Positions 40,477 through 48,997 of a stretch of 64,000 bases of DNA are shown here, one piece after another (the stretch's first letter is position 1; every line of letters begins with the position of its first letter). Below the pieces are notes generated by a model that had not been told where the DNA came from, searched no databases, and worked only from the letters and a program-made list of their open reading frames with translations. The translations under genes were made by a program, and so were the position numbers. Source of the stretch: an uncultured delta proteobacterium (GTDB lineage: Bacteria > Desulfobacterota > RBG-13-43-22); assembly GCA_963843145.1 (NCBI GenBank), contig CAWJJC010000025.1, positions 32,001 through 96,000 on the forward strand. The letters run 5' to 3'.

Positions 40477-40930
40477 TTACCGGCCACCCCAACCCATCCG
40501 GCCAATTCCTGGCTGAGCCCTCCCTCCGCCTTTAACCGAATTCAACCGATCCAATTGTTCGGGGGTCAGGAGGGCCCGGCATTCCATTTTATAGCGAAGC
40601 CAAATTTCTCGAATCTGTTCGTGAAGCTCCCGGACTTGATCGCGAAGCTGGGTGGTCCTGACCGTTTCTTTGTCCTTTCCGGGTTCACACATTCTCAAAT
40701 CGATCTTCTTGTCCCGAAGTTCCATTTGGAGAGGCCGGAGGCTCTTCTGAAAATCGGACTGTATCGGCTTTCATCCGGGAAGACTGTTCCGAGCTTAGAT
40801 CCAATTCCAGATCGGCGCAGGGACCCAAACCATAATTCATTCTCCTTCCCGGTCCCTGGCCCCAGGAACCGGCCCAAACCGGGCTTACGAAAGCCAGCAC
40901 CAAAACGCAAATCAATAGTTTAATGATCAT
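40477..40930 (-). pseudogene. Spy/CpxP/ZraP-like periplasmic protein, frameshifted
   Basis: The signal peptide and LDLSSEQ lie in one frame, LLTPEQ in another. Confidence 0.65.
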
Positions 40931-41307
40931 GCAAATACTCCCAAAGGAACTTTTTGAATGGAACTTTGGAGGAGATTCAAATTAACCGGTTTTAGAAAAT
41001 AGTCGTGAAGTTGGTCTTTGATTGAATCAAAGGTTTTTATTTCCCGTCTGGCAAAACCGCTGATCAGAATCACGGGAAGATGGAGATTGGTCTTCCTAAG
41101 TTGCCTGATCAACTCATCGCCACCCATAGCCGGCATCGCATAGTCGGTGATAACCAGGTCGATATCCCCTCTTTCCAAGGCTCGTAATCCTTCAAGCCCG
41201 TTTTCAGCCAGGGAGATTCGGTAATTTTTTTCGGCAAAATAATCCCCCAGGGCACTGCGGGTCATCCAATCATCCTCAACAATCAGAATATGTTGAATGC
41301 GGCTCAG
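40927..41307 (-). CDS. Single-domain response regulator (probable CTG start at 41307)
   Basis: In-frame HILIVEDD upstream of the ORF-track start; DLVITDYAMP; LKPV; GGGGAG RBS before CTG. Confidence 0.75.
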   Translation of the reverse strand: MSRIQHILIVEDDWMTRSALGDYFAEKNYRISLAENGLEGLRALERGDIDLVITDYAMPAMGGDELIRQLRKTNLHLPVILISGFARREIKTFDSIKDQLHDYFLKPVNLNLLQSSIQKVPLGVFA

Positions 41308-41368
41308 TGATCTCCCCCGGCTAAGGGGGGAGGGTTTTCAACCACCCTCCCCCGTCTAAACTTAAAGG

Positions 41369-41740
41369 CTACGGATTCAGAATCTTACGGGATTCCAGAT
41401 TGAACTGGAGCCGCTTTTCCTGCATTTTTCCCTGAAGCTCCAGCAGGTCCTTTTGCAGGGTGGAAATCATTCCCTCATCGGGGTTCGAGGCGGACCAAAG
41501 GGTTCGCATCTCCGATCTTTTGGCAAACATTTCGTCTTGCAGGGGTGAAATTTCATTCAGGAAGGTTTCCCGCAGGGTCTGCAATTGAGCGGTCTGGTCT
41601 GCCGTCAGATTGGCGGCATCATAAGAATAAGGCCCCATGCCGTATCCCTGGCCCATCCCCCGACCCCAGGGACCGGCCATTGCCGCCCCGGCAAAAATCA
41701 CCATCAGGCCCACCAACAAAACTTGAAAAATTCGTTTCAT
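41369..41740 (-). CDS. ZraP/Spy-like periplasmic protein
   Basis: GGAGG RBS; signal peptide; GPWGRGMG...NLTADQ...NPDE. Confidence 0.85.
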   Translation of the reverse strand: MKRIFQVLLVGLMVIFAGAAMAGPWGRGMGQGYGMGPYSYDAANLTADQTAQLQTLRETFLNEISPLQDEMFAKRSEMRTLWSASNPDEGMISTLQKDLLELQGKMQEKRLQFNLESRKILNP

Positions 41741-41795
41741 GCTCTTCACCTCCTTTCCTTTATTGTTATATGCGTTATCAGTTATATTTTCATGA

Positions 41796-41811
41796 AGCAA
41801 TGATTATGCCA
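41796..41811 (-). promoter_or_regulatory. Sigma-54 (-24/-12) promoter of the zraP-like operon
   Basis: Minus strand TGGCATAATCATTGCT, GG-N10-GC. Confidence 0.75.
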
Positions 41812-42020
41812 AAAAGGGTTTACTGCTAACAGTTTGATATTATGTATTTATTCAGGATGACGCGTTTCGATGGGAAAGCGTTCTCGACATTATTGTCGAA
41901 CAGGATCTATTTGAATTGAGGGATGCTGTCTGCTAACCACATGAATTCAATGTCTATTCTTATTCGACAAAAACCGTTAGGCGGGATGAGGCAGATCGGT
42001 AAAAATTGTCGAACTACTTT

Positions 42021-42183
42021 TTCATTGAACAGGCCAATAAGGCCTATTTGGCCCTCCGAGAGAATCCTGAAGTCTGGGAAACAGAACTCAAGGAACGGAG
42101 AGAATGGGAAGCCACCCTGGCCGACAACCAGAAGGTTTAGGGCTATGGGCGATCCCCTCCGAGGAGAGATTTGGCTGATAGAC
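42021..42183 (+). pseudogene. Decayed type II toxin-antitoxin remnant (antitoxin C-terminus plus MazF/PemK N-terminus)
   Basis: FIEQANKAYLALRENPEVWETELKERREWEATLAD followed closely by MGDPLRGEIWLID. Confidence 0.6.
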
Positions 42184-42229
42184 AAATTATCCGTTGACAA
42201 CCTTTTCGTTTCCCGGCATCTTGCTAATC

Positions 42230-43018
42230 ATGCTTTCCTTTCCAGCCATTGATCCGGTAATTTTTTCCATCGGACCCTTCCATGTCCGGTGGTACGGAAC
42301 CATGTATCTACTGGGGTTTCTGGCCTCCTACCTGTTGGTTCGGTTGCAACTCCGCCGTCAGAAGCCCCCGGTCCTGGCCGAAGATCGGGTGGAGGACCTC
42401 TATTTTTATCTTGTTTTGGGATTAATTGTCGGGGCCCGGCTGGGGTATGTCCTCTTTTATAATCTTAGAAATTATCTGGAGCATCCCCTGGAAGTAGTGG
42501 CGGTCTGGCAGGGGGGGATGTCTTTTCATGGCGGGTTGATCGGGGCCTTTTTAGCGGGTTGGCTCTTCTCCCGAAAATACCGGATTAATCTCTGGACGCT
42601 GGGAGATCTGATTATCGTCACCGCCCCCATCGGGTTGGGTTTAGGACGGTTGGGGAATTTTATTAACGGAGAATTATTCGGGCGCGTTACTACCCAGCCC
42701 TGGGGAATGGTTTTTCCTCAGGGCGGTCCGCTGCCCCGCCATCCTTCCCAGCTTTACGAAGCCTTTTTGGAGGGGCTGGTTCTTTTCATCTGGCTGTGGT
42801 GGAGCAAAGGGAGGAACAGGACTTCCGGCGGGATGGTGGCCCGGTTCCTGATCGGCTATGGCCTGTTTCGTATTTTCGTGGAATTTTTTCGCGACCCGGA
42901 TCCCCAGATCGGCTTCCTTTTTAATTTCCTGACCATGGGACAGCTCCTGAGCTTGGGCATGGTCCTCCTGGGCGTCCTTCTCCTTTATTCCCGGCCTTCC
43001 CGGGACTCCTCCGAATAA
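42230..43018 (+). CDS. lgt: Prolipoprotein diacylglyceryl transferase
   Basis: VRWYG; GARLGY; GGMSFHGG; GRLGNFINGELFGR; RHPSQLYE; RIFVEFFR. Confidence 0.97.
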   Translation: MLSFPAIDPVIFSIGPFHVRWYGTMYLLGFLASYLLVRLQLRRQKPPVLAEDRVEDLYFYLVLGLIVGARLGYVLFYNLRNYLEHPLEVVAVWQGGMSFHGGLIGAFLAGWLFSRKYRINLWTLGDLIIVTAPIGLGLGRLGNFINGELFGRVTTQPWGMVFPQGGPLPRHPSQLYEAFLEGLVLFIWLWWSKGRNRTSGGMVARFLIGYGLFRIFVEFFRDPDPQIGFLFNFLTMGQLLSLGMVLLGVLLLYSRPSRDSSE

Positions 43019-43028
43019 TTAAGGGGTT

Positions 43029-43106
43029 CTCCGTCCTTTGGGGTGGGTGACCACAACCTAGGGAAGATTAACTTGAGATCGAGCCCCCGTGGCCGTAGGG
43101 TCTCCG
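43029..43106 (+). repeat. Dispersed ~75 bp repeat copy
   Basis: Aligns colinearly with the reverse complements of 19831-19909 and 55373-55441. Confidence 0.75.
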
Positions 43107-45000
43107 GACCAAGGGCCGTGGGTTCAAGTCCCGCATCGCCCACAATTAAAAATAACAAAAATAATTACTTGCCTCAATTGAGTCCTCGTTCTTAATCGAT
43201 GCTGAGCTATTTTCTAACGATTTTCTAACGGGGTACTAAGATTGTCGAGTTCTGATAAAGAACTGTCAGTCCAAAAGGGCTTGAGGTGTCGCGAGCAGAT
43301 AGCGCCAGGCATCGGTCACCTGGATACCGGCCGGTGGTTTGCGCGTGGTTCGTTCGTGCGCCACCAGCACTCGCACCGCCTGCGGGAACCTGGCCCCAGA
43401 CTCCTCCAGCGCGGCGATCTCACGCGCCCAGGTTTGCGACTGTGAGACGGAGTAGGCCACGTTGATCAGTTGTTCGGGCCGCTCCCGATTTACGACCAGG
43501 TCAATCTCACGATCCCCGGCAAGGTAACCCAAGTCCTCGCGCCGGCGACGCCAGTGCAGGAAAACGGCCGTCTCCAGCTTTTTCCCGACATTAATGCTGG
43601 GTTCGGCGACGAACGGATAGGCCAGCGCCCAATCGATCGCATGGAGTTTTTTCGCGTTTACCGCCTGCTTGCGCAACGAGCGCTCGGCCACGGGTAGGGT
43701 GAAGACGACAAACGACTCCTCCAGGTACCCGACGTAACTATAAAGGGTGTCCTTCGAGAGCGCCAGCCCCTGGGAGCGGAAGTCCTGGTAGAGTTTGTGG
43801 ACGTTGAAGAGCGAGGCCGGATGGCCCAGGCAATGTCGGAGCAACCGTCGCATCAATAGCGGATTGGCCACGCCGTAGCGCTCCACCAAGTCCCGGTAAA
43901 AGACCAGGTCCACGTACTCCTTGAGGATACGCGGTCGCAACGACTCGTCGGCGAGGACCACTTCCGGCAGACCGCCCGTCTTCAGATACTCTTCCAAGGC
44001 CGAGGCCAGGCGACTTTCGGAGGTCCGCGAGTACGGCTCGTGTTCCAGACCTCGAAACTTCAGGAATTCACCAAACGAGAGAGGAAACACCTCGTAGGAT
44101 ACGCTCCGTCCCCGTAGCCCCTTGGCGAGCTCACGCGACAACAGGTGCGAGGAGGATCCGGTGACGAAAAGGGAGGCTTCCTCGGTGTCGTGAAGGCGTC
44201 GTAGATAGGTTTCCCAAGACGGGACGTCTTGCACTTCGTCGAAGAATAGGAACTTTTTCCGGCCCGACACCTCGGGATACAGCTCTTCGTGCGCTCGCAG
44301 TATCAGGTCGAGTTCGGTGATTTCGATGGGGAGTAGCCGATCGTCCTCGAAATTGAGGTAGAGCATCTGACGCCGATCTACGCCTTGGGCTTCCAGCCGC
44401 CGCATCGTCTCATAGAGCAGGTAGGTCTTTCCACTACGACGAATGCCGACAAGGGCGACTACCTTGCGTGAATCGAGAGGCAACTCCAGCGTCCGCGGTG
44501 TGGTTGGCGGCAACGGCCGCGTGGTTGACTGGGCCAGTACGTATTTTAGAGTTTCCTTGTCCATGAGGAAATATTAGAGTATTTCATTCACTCCTGTCAA
44601 GGAACTAATTATTTTCGCAGATTAGCGTTTGTGGGATTTACTATGGCTTTGCTAATAAATCCTGATTCAACCCCTGGATCGGGGTTTGGTGATGACGCCA
44701 AGAGGATGGATTGGTGAAGGTTTATTAAAGGGCAGTTCGTCTTTGTTCATTCTTAAACTAATTTTGTTAACCCCGGAGTCCCCACATTCGAGGTAGTCCC
44801 CCCCGCAGAGGCAGATTTTCTAACGGTTTTCTAACGAACCATTATCAAATAACCAAAAACAACATAAAAAAAGAGAACCCTCCCTATGGATTAAGGGGTT
44901 GAGTTCTCTTTATTTTTTGCTTGTTCCTTTATATTGTCTGATTCCTCGGGGGAGTCTCCGGAACCAAAGGCCGTGGGTTCAAGTCCCGTACTGCCCACCA
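43099..45000. mobile_element. Integrase-less mini-island bounded by two tRNA-Arg(CCG) 3'-half att-like sites
   Basis: GTCTCCGGA(A)CCAA.GGCCGTGGGTTCAAGTCCCG...GCCCAC at 43099-43145 and 44954-45000. Tandem TTTTCTAACG pairs inside both ends (43210-43230, 44816-44836). Confidence 0.7.
43266..44564 (-). CDS. AAA+ ATP-binding protein (AAA_14 + DUF4143 type)
   Basis: GIRRSGKT; YLNFEDDR; FFDEVQ; VTGSS; PLSFGEF; GGLPE; EIDLV. Confidence 0.88.
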   Translation of the reverse strand: MDKETLKYVLAQSTTRPLPPTTPRTLELPLDSRKVVALVGIRRSGKTYLLYETMRRLEAQGVDRRQMLYLNFEDDRLLPIEITELDLILRAHEELYPEVSGRKKFLFFDEVQDVPSWETYLRRLHDTEEASLFVTGSSSHLLSRELAKGLRGRSVSYEVFPLSFGEFLKFRGLEHEPYSRTSESRLASALEEYLKTGGLPEVVLADESLRPRILKEYVDLVFYRDLVERYGVANPLLMRRLLRHCLGHPASLFNVHKLYQDFRSQGLALSKDTLYSYVGYLEESFVVFTLPVAERSLRKQAVNAKKLHAIDWALAYPFVAEPSINVGKKLETAVFLHWRRRREDLGYLAGDREIDLVVNRERPEQLINVAYSVSQSQTWAREIAALEESGARFPQAVRVLVAHERTTRKPPAGIQVTDAWRYLLATPQALLD

Positions 45001-45014
45001 TATAAAAACAACTA

Positions 45015-45200
45015 GTTGCCTGCCTTAATTCTGCCCGCCTGATAGCTGGGTTTAAGTGCCTCCTGACCACATTATCGTCTGAGGAAGGCTTTCCATCCGC
45101 TCCCGGAAAAATAAGCTCAAGCTCCCCGATCGGGCATTGAAGCTTTTACTTCTTAAGCTCAGGGATAAGATGATCGGATATATCAACCCTCCGGATTCTG
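45015..45200 (-). pseudogene. Tyrosine integrase internal fragment
   Basis: Minus strand IRRVDISDHLIPELKK*KLQCPIGELELIFPGADGKP...VVRRHLNPAIRRAELRQ resembles the segment preceding the HxLRH box. It has an internal stop and ends at the att fragment. Confidence 0.6.
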
Positions 45201-45319
45201 TCCTCCAATCCCGAAGCTCTAATCAAGTGGTGCCCCTCCAACACGCCGACCATTAGAAGGGACACCCTCTCTTAGGGTTAACGGGTCAAAATTTTTCTTG
45301 ACAAGATAATCCACTATTT

Positions 45320-45335
45320 ATTACTTATTGGTTAT
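45320..45335. promoter_or_regulatory. Candidate ArsR operator 3
   Basis: ATTACTTATTGGTTAT with TTGACA at 45298. Confidence 0.55.
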
Positions 45336-45384
45336 ATTTTCATAAGGGATTACATGATTCACCGGGAAAAGGCCATAACATCTT

Positions 45385-45882
45385 ATGGAAAATGAAGAGG
45401 TCCTGCGGATTAACATCGGGGGGCACCCGGTCGGGATACTCGGGTTCAAGGGTGTCCTTGAGGAATTGGCCCCCCATCTGTCCCAAGCGACCGATGATGC
45501 CCTGGCCCAGGAATTGGTGGGTCGTCTTTCCAAACAAAATTACATTCCGGAGAAAGTCAAGGCGGAGTATGGAAAGGCCCTGGTCCGGGAATTCAGAAAA
45601 CAGTTGGGGCAGCCCATCCAGGAAGAAAAGCCCGCCGGACTGGTGATCAAAGTCCTCGGCCAGGGATGCAACAACTGCCGGGAATTGACCCAGCGGATTA
45701 TGGACCTCATGTCCGAGTTAAACCTGGCCGCCGACCTGGAGCATGTCACCGATGTCAAGGAAATTGCCCGTTATCGTGTCATGGGTATTCCGGCGCTTAT
45801 CATAAATGGAAAAATCCTTTCCGTCGGGTCTGTGCCAAGCAAAAAACAGCTCACGAATTGGCTCAAGAATGCGGGAGACTGA
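45385..45882 (+). CDS. Two-domain protein: N-terminal NYIP domain plus MTH895-type thioredoxin
   Basis: KQNYIPEKVKAEYGKALVREF; IKVLGQGCNNC...YRVMGIPALIING. Confidence 0.88.
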   Translation: MENEEVLRINIGGHPVGILGFKGVLEELAPHLSQATDDALAQELVGRLSKQNYIPEKVKAEYGKALVREFRKQLGQPIQEEKPAGLVIKVLGQGCNNCRELTQRIMDLMSELNLAADLEHVTDVKEIARYRVMGIPALIINGKILSVGSVPSKKQLTNWLKNAGD

Positions 45883-45903
45883 TCCACAGGAAGAAACCTA
45901 TTT

Positions 45904-46996
45904 ATGGTAGAACCGATTACTAAAAAACTGTCTTTCCTGGACCGGTTTTTAACCCTTTGGATCTTTCTGGCCATGCTTTTGGGCGTGGGTTCCGGTTATT
46001 TTTTCCCGGGAGTGGCTCAATTCTGGAACCTGTTCCAGTCCGGGACCACCAACATTCCCATCGCCGTCGGCCTGATCCTGATGATGTATCCCCCCCTGGC
46101 CAAGGTTAAATACGAAGAACTGGGCGGAAGTCTTTAAAAATTACAGGGTCTTGATCCTTTCGCTGATCCAGAATTGGGTCATCGGTCCCATCCTGATGTT
46201 TTTCCTGGCCATCCTCTTTCTGGCCGGCTACCCGGAATACATGGTCGGCCTGATCCTGATCGGCCTGGCCCGCTGCATCGCCATGGTCATCGTCTGGAAC
46301 GAACTGGCCTCCGGCGACACGGAATACTGCGCCGGTTTGGTGGCCTTCAACTCCATTTTTCAGGTCCTTTTCTTCTCCATCTACGCTTATATCTTCATCA
46401 CCGTCCTGCCCGGCTGGTTCGGTCTGAAAGGGACCGTGGTGGACATTTCTATCGGCCAGATCGCCGAAAGCGTATTCATCTACCTGGGCATCCCCTTTAT
46501 CGCCGGCGTCATCACCCGCTTCACCCTGATCAAGGTCAAGGACAAAACCTGGTATCATGAAAGATTCATCCCCAAGATCAGTCCCATCACGCTCATCGCC
46601 CTGCTGTTCACCATCATCGTCATGTTTTCCCTTAAGGGCGAATATATCGTTCAATTGCCGCTGGACGTGATCCGCATCGCCATCCCGCTAACTGTTTATT
46701 TCTTCATCATGTTTTTTATTTCCTTCTATATGTCGATCAAGGTTAAGGCCACCTATGAACAATCCGCCACCCTTTCCTTTACCGCCGCCTCGAATAATTT
46801 CGAACTGGCCATTGCCGTGGCGATCGCCGTATTCGGGATTCAGTCCGGCGCGGCCTTTGCCGCGGTTATCGGTCCGCTGGTGGAGGTCCCGGTGTTGATC
46901 AGCCTGGTCAATGTGGCCTTGTGGTTCAAACGAAAATATTTTCCCTTTGCCCTGGAGACCCCCACCGGGGTGTGCCATCTGACTTGTAAACCATAG
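45904..46996 (+). CDS. acr3: Acr3 arsenite efflux transporter (one +1 frameshift near 46125)
   Basis: [14 protein letters not shown]; MMYPPLAKV; GLARCIAMV; [12 protein letters not shown]; GPLVEVP. Confidence 0.92.
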
Positions 46997-47080
46997 CCAA
47001 AAATTTTCCAATTGTCGGTTATAAACTCGCAATCTAAATTCCGAAACATACTAAGAGGAGATACACAAGAGGAGTTTCCC

Positions 47081-47605
47081 ATGCTGCTTAAAGGCTATCG
47101 GAAGGAAATATTCCGCCCGGAGTGCAATCCGAGTTTTCAATCTCTACACTGCATCGCCTATCTGGACGAAGATATCGAGACCGTTCTGCCTTATTTGAAC
47201 GCCAGGTTGGGGGGCGACGAGTTTTATCGGGAACCCCCGGCCGTAACCTTTCGGCTCCAGGGAAAATTGATTACCGTCCAGTCCCGGCAGATTGCCGTCA
47301 ACGCCCTGCGGGACGCCGAAGAGGCCGATAAAATCCTGGAGTGGATCAAAAGGGAAATCAACGAAACCTGGGAAAAACGGGCGGAGATCGAGCCCAGCTA
47401 CGAAAGCGCCCCGAAACCGAAACTGTTGGAAATTCTAAAGTTGCTGCCCAAAACCAATTGTCGGGCCTGCGGGGAAGCGACTTGCCTGGTCTTCGCCGCC
47501 CGGACGGCCGAAGGGGTGAAAGGACCGGAAGATTGCCCCCCCCTGACTACTGAGGGAAAGTCCAGACTTCAAAATTATTTGAGCCGATTCCGGCTGGAAT
47601 ACTAA
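47081..47605 (+). CDS. (Fe-S)-binding protein with C-terminal FeS domain, common beside ars genes
   Basis: ECNP...LPYLNA...LPKTNCRACGEATCLVFA...CP. Confidence 0.85.
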   Translation: MLLKGYRKEIFRPECNPSFQSLHCIAYLDEDIETVLPYLNARLGGDEFYREPPAVTFRLQGKLITVQSRQIAVNALRDAEEADKILEWIKREINETWEKRAEIEPSYESAPKPKLLEILKLLPKTNCRACGEATCLVFAARTAEGVKGPEDCPPLTTEGKSRLQNYLSRFRLEY

Positions 47606-47699
47606 AGGATGACGAGCTGCGATATTCGGTTGACGAGATATTTCCATTTTTTTCTTTTGCCCTCCGGGGCATGGATACCCACTAAAGAAAGGGCGGTTT

Positions 47700-48899
47700 A
47701 TGCCCAAAAAAAGATGGCCCCTTTATTTGATTTTATTTACCTCCTCAATAATTCTGCTGGCACCCCTCTATCTTTTCGGGGAAGGGAAGAAAGATGAAAT
47801 CGGGTCTTTAAAGGAATTGATTTCCCGCTATGATTCCACTCGGTGCAAGGAATGCCATGCGGAGATTTACGCCCAGTGGGAAAAATCCCATCATGCCCGG
47901 CCCTTGATGGGCATGGACGACTGGATCTTCATGTCCAAATACCTCAAAGAGGGAGTTCTGGCAGTCAAGTCGCCCGAGCAGGCCACCAAGGCCAATTTCC
48001 CCTGCGCCAAATGCCATCTGCCCCAGCTTTTCAAAGCAGCGGATAGCGTGGCCGCCGAACTGGCCGCCGCCGTCTTCCGGAACGACAAAAAAACCATCCG
48101 CCGATTGAATATCGGCTGCCTGGTCTGCCACCAGGAAAAGGCCGTGGTTCATGGCCGGCCGAAGTTATCGCTCCTCTACGGCTCTCGGGAAATCCAGGAT
48201 CATGAGGGCCTCCCGGTAGAGAAAAGCTCCCTGTTGAAATATCCCCTCTTCTGCGGACAGTGCCATGGCCTCGGGCCCAACCTCGAATTCGAAAATCCGG
48301 TCCAGTGCGCCACGTTGTATGGCAGTTATCTCCACGCCTACATTCCCAACGGCGGGGCCCAGACCTGCCAGGACTGCCACATGCCGGGCAAGGACCATAC
48401 CTGCCTGCCGAACTTCAACGACCGGGCCGGTACCTCCGCCCGTCTCCGCCAGGCCTTGCCCCTGGAGGTGGAAACCCTGGGCTATGTTTTCCAGATAGAA
48501 GAAGGAAAGCATTTACCCCTGGCCGTGGTTAAAACCCGGATAACCAATAAGGCCGGCCACCGGATTCCGGACGGCTGACCGACCCGCACCCGGGTGGTCC
48601 TGGAAGTGACCGCTACCGCTCCCAACGGTCAGAAATTCTTTGAAGGCACAAAATTTTATATGCCCCAGGCCGGCGACGGCCGGAGCCCGATCATGGTCCT
48701 GGGACCGGACAAGAAACTGGGCCTGTTGCGCGATACCAGCCTTCAGCCTTTCCGGCCTAAGGAGGAAACCTTTGAAATCCCGGTCCCCAAAGGAATCCAT
48801 GAGATTACCGTGGCGGTTCAGTTGACCTACCAGCCCCGCCCGGGGAATATTTATTCCCTCCAAACCATCAGCCGTCAGGTGCGGATAGATACCCCTTAA
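47700..48899 (+). CDS. Five-heme cytochrome c selenoprotein (ExtKL-like), Sec at TGA 48576-48578
   Basis: Signal peptide; CKECH, CAKCH, CLVCH, CGQCH, CQDCH; AGHRIPDG-TGA-PTRTRVVLEV continues in frame into ORF 48594-48899. Confidence 0.85.
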
Positions 48900-48997
48900 A
48901 TTCTTCCACTTGCCAATCCAGGCATTCGTTGATAACATTTTAACGGATAAGATCCGTAAGTCCGAAATTCGATTTTAAACCAACTAGTCAACTTTTC

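Noticed and set aside
43043-43145. Intact tRNA or tRNA-Sec
   Set aside because: No D-arm or correctly spaced 5' acceptor strand, and the anticodon loop reads CCG, not TCA. It is only a 3' fragment.
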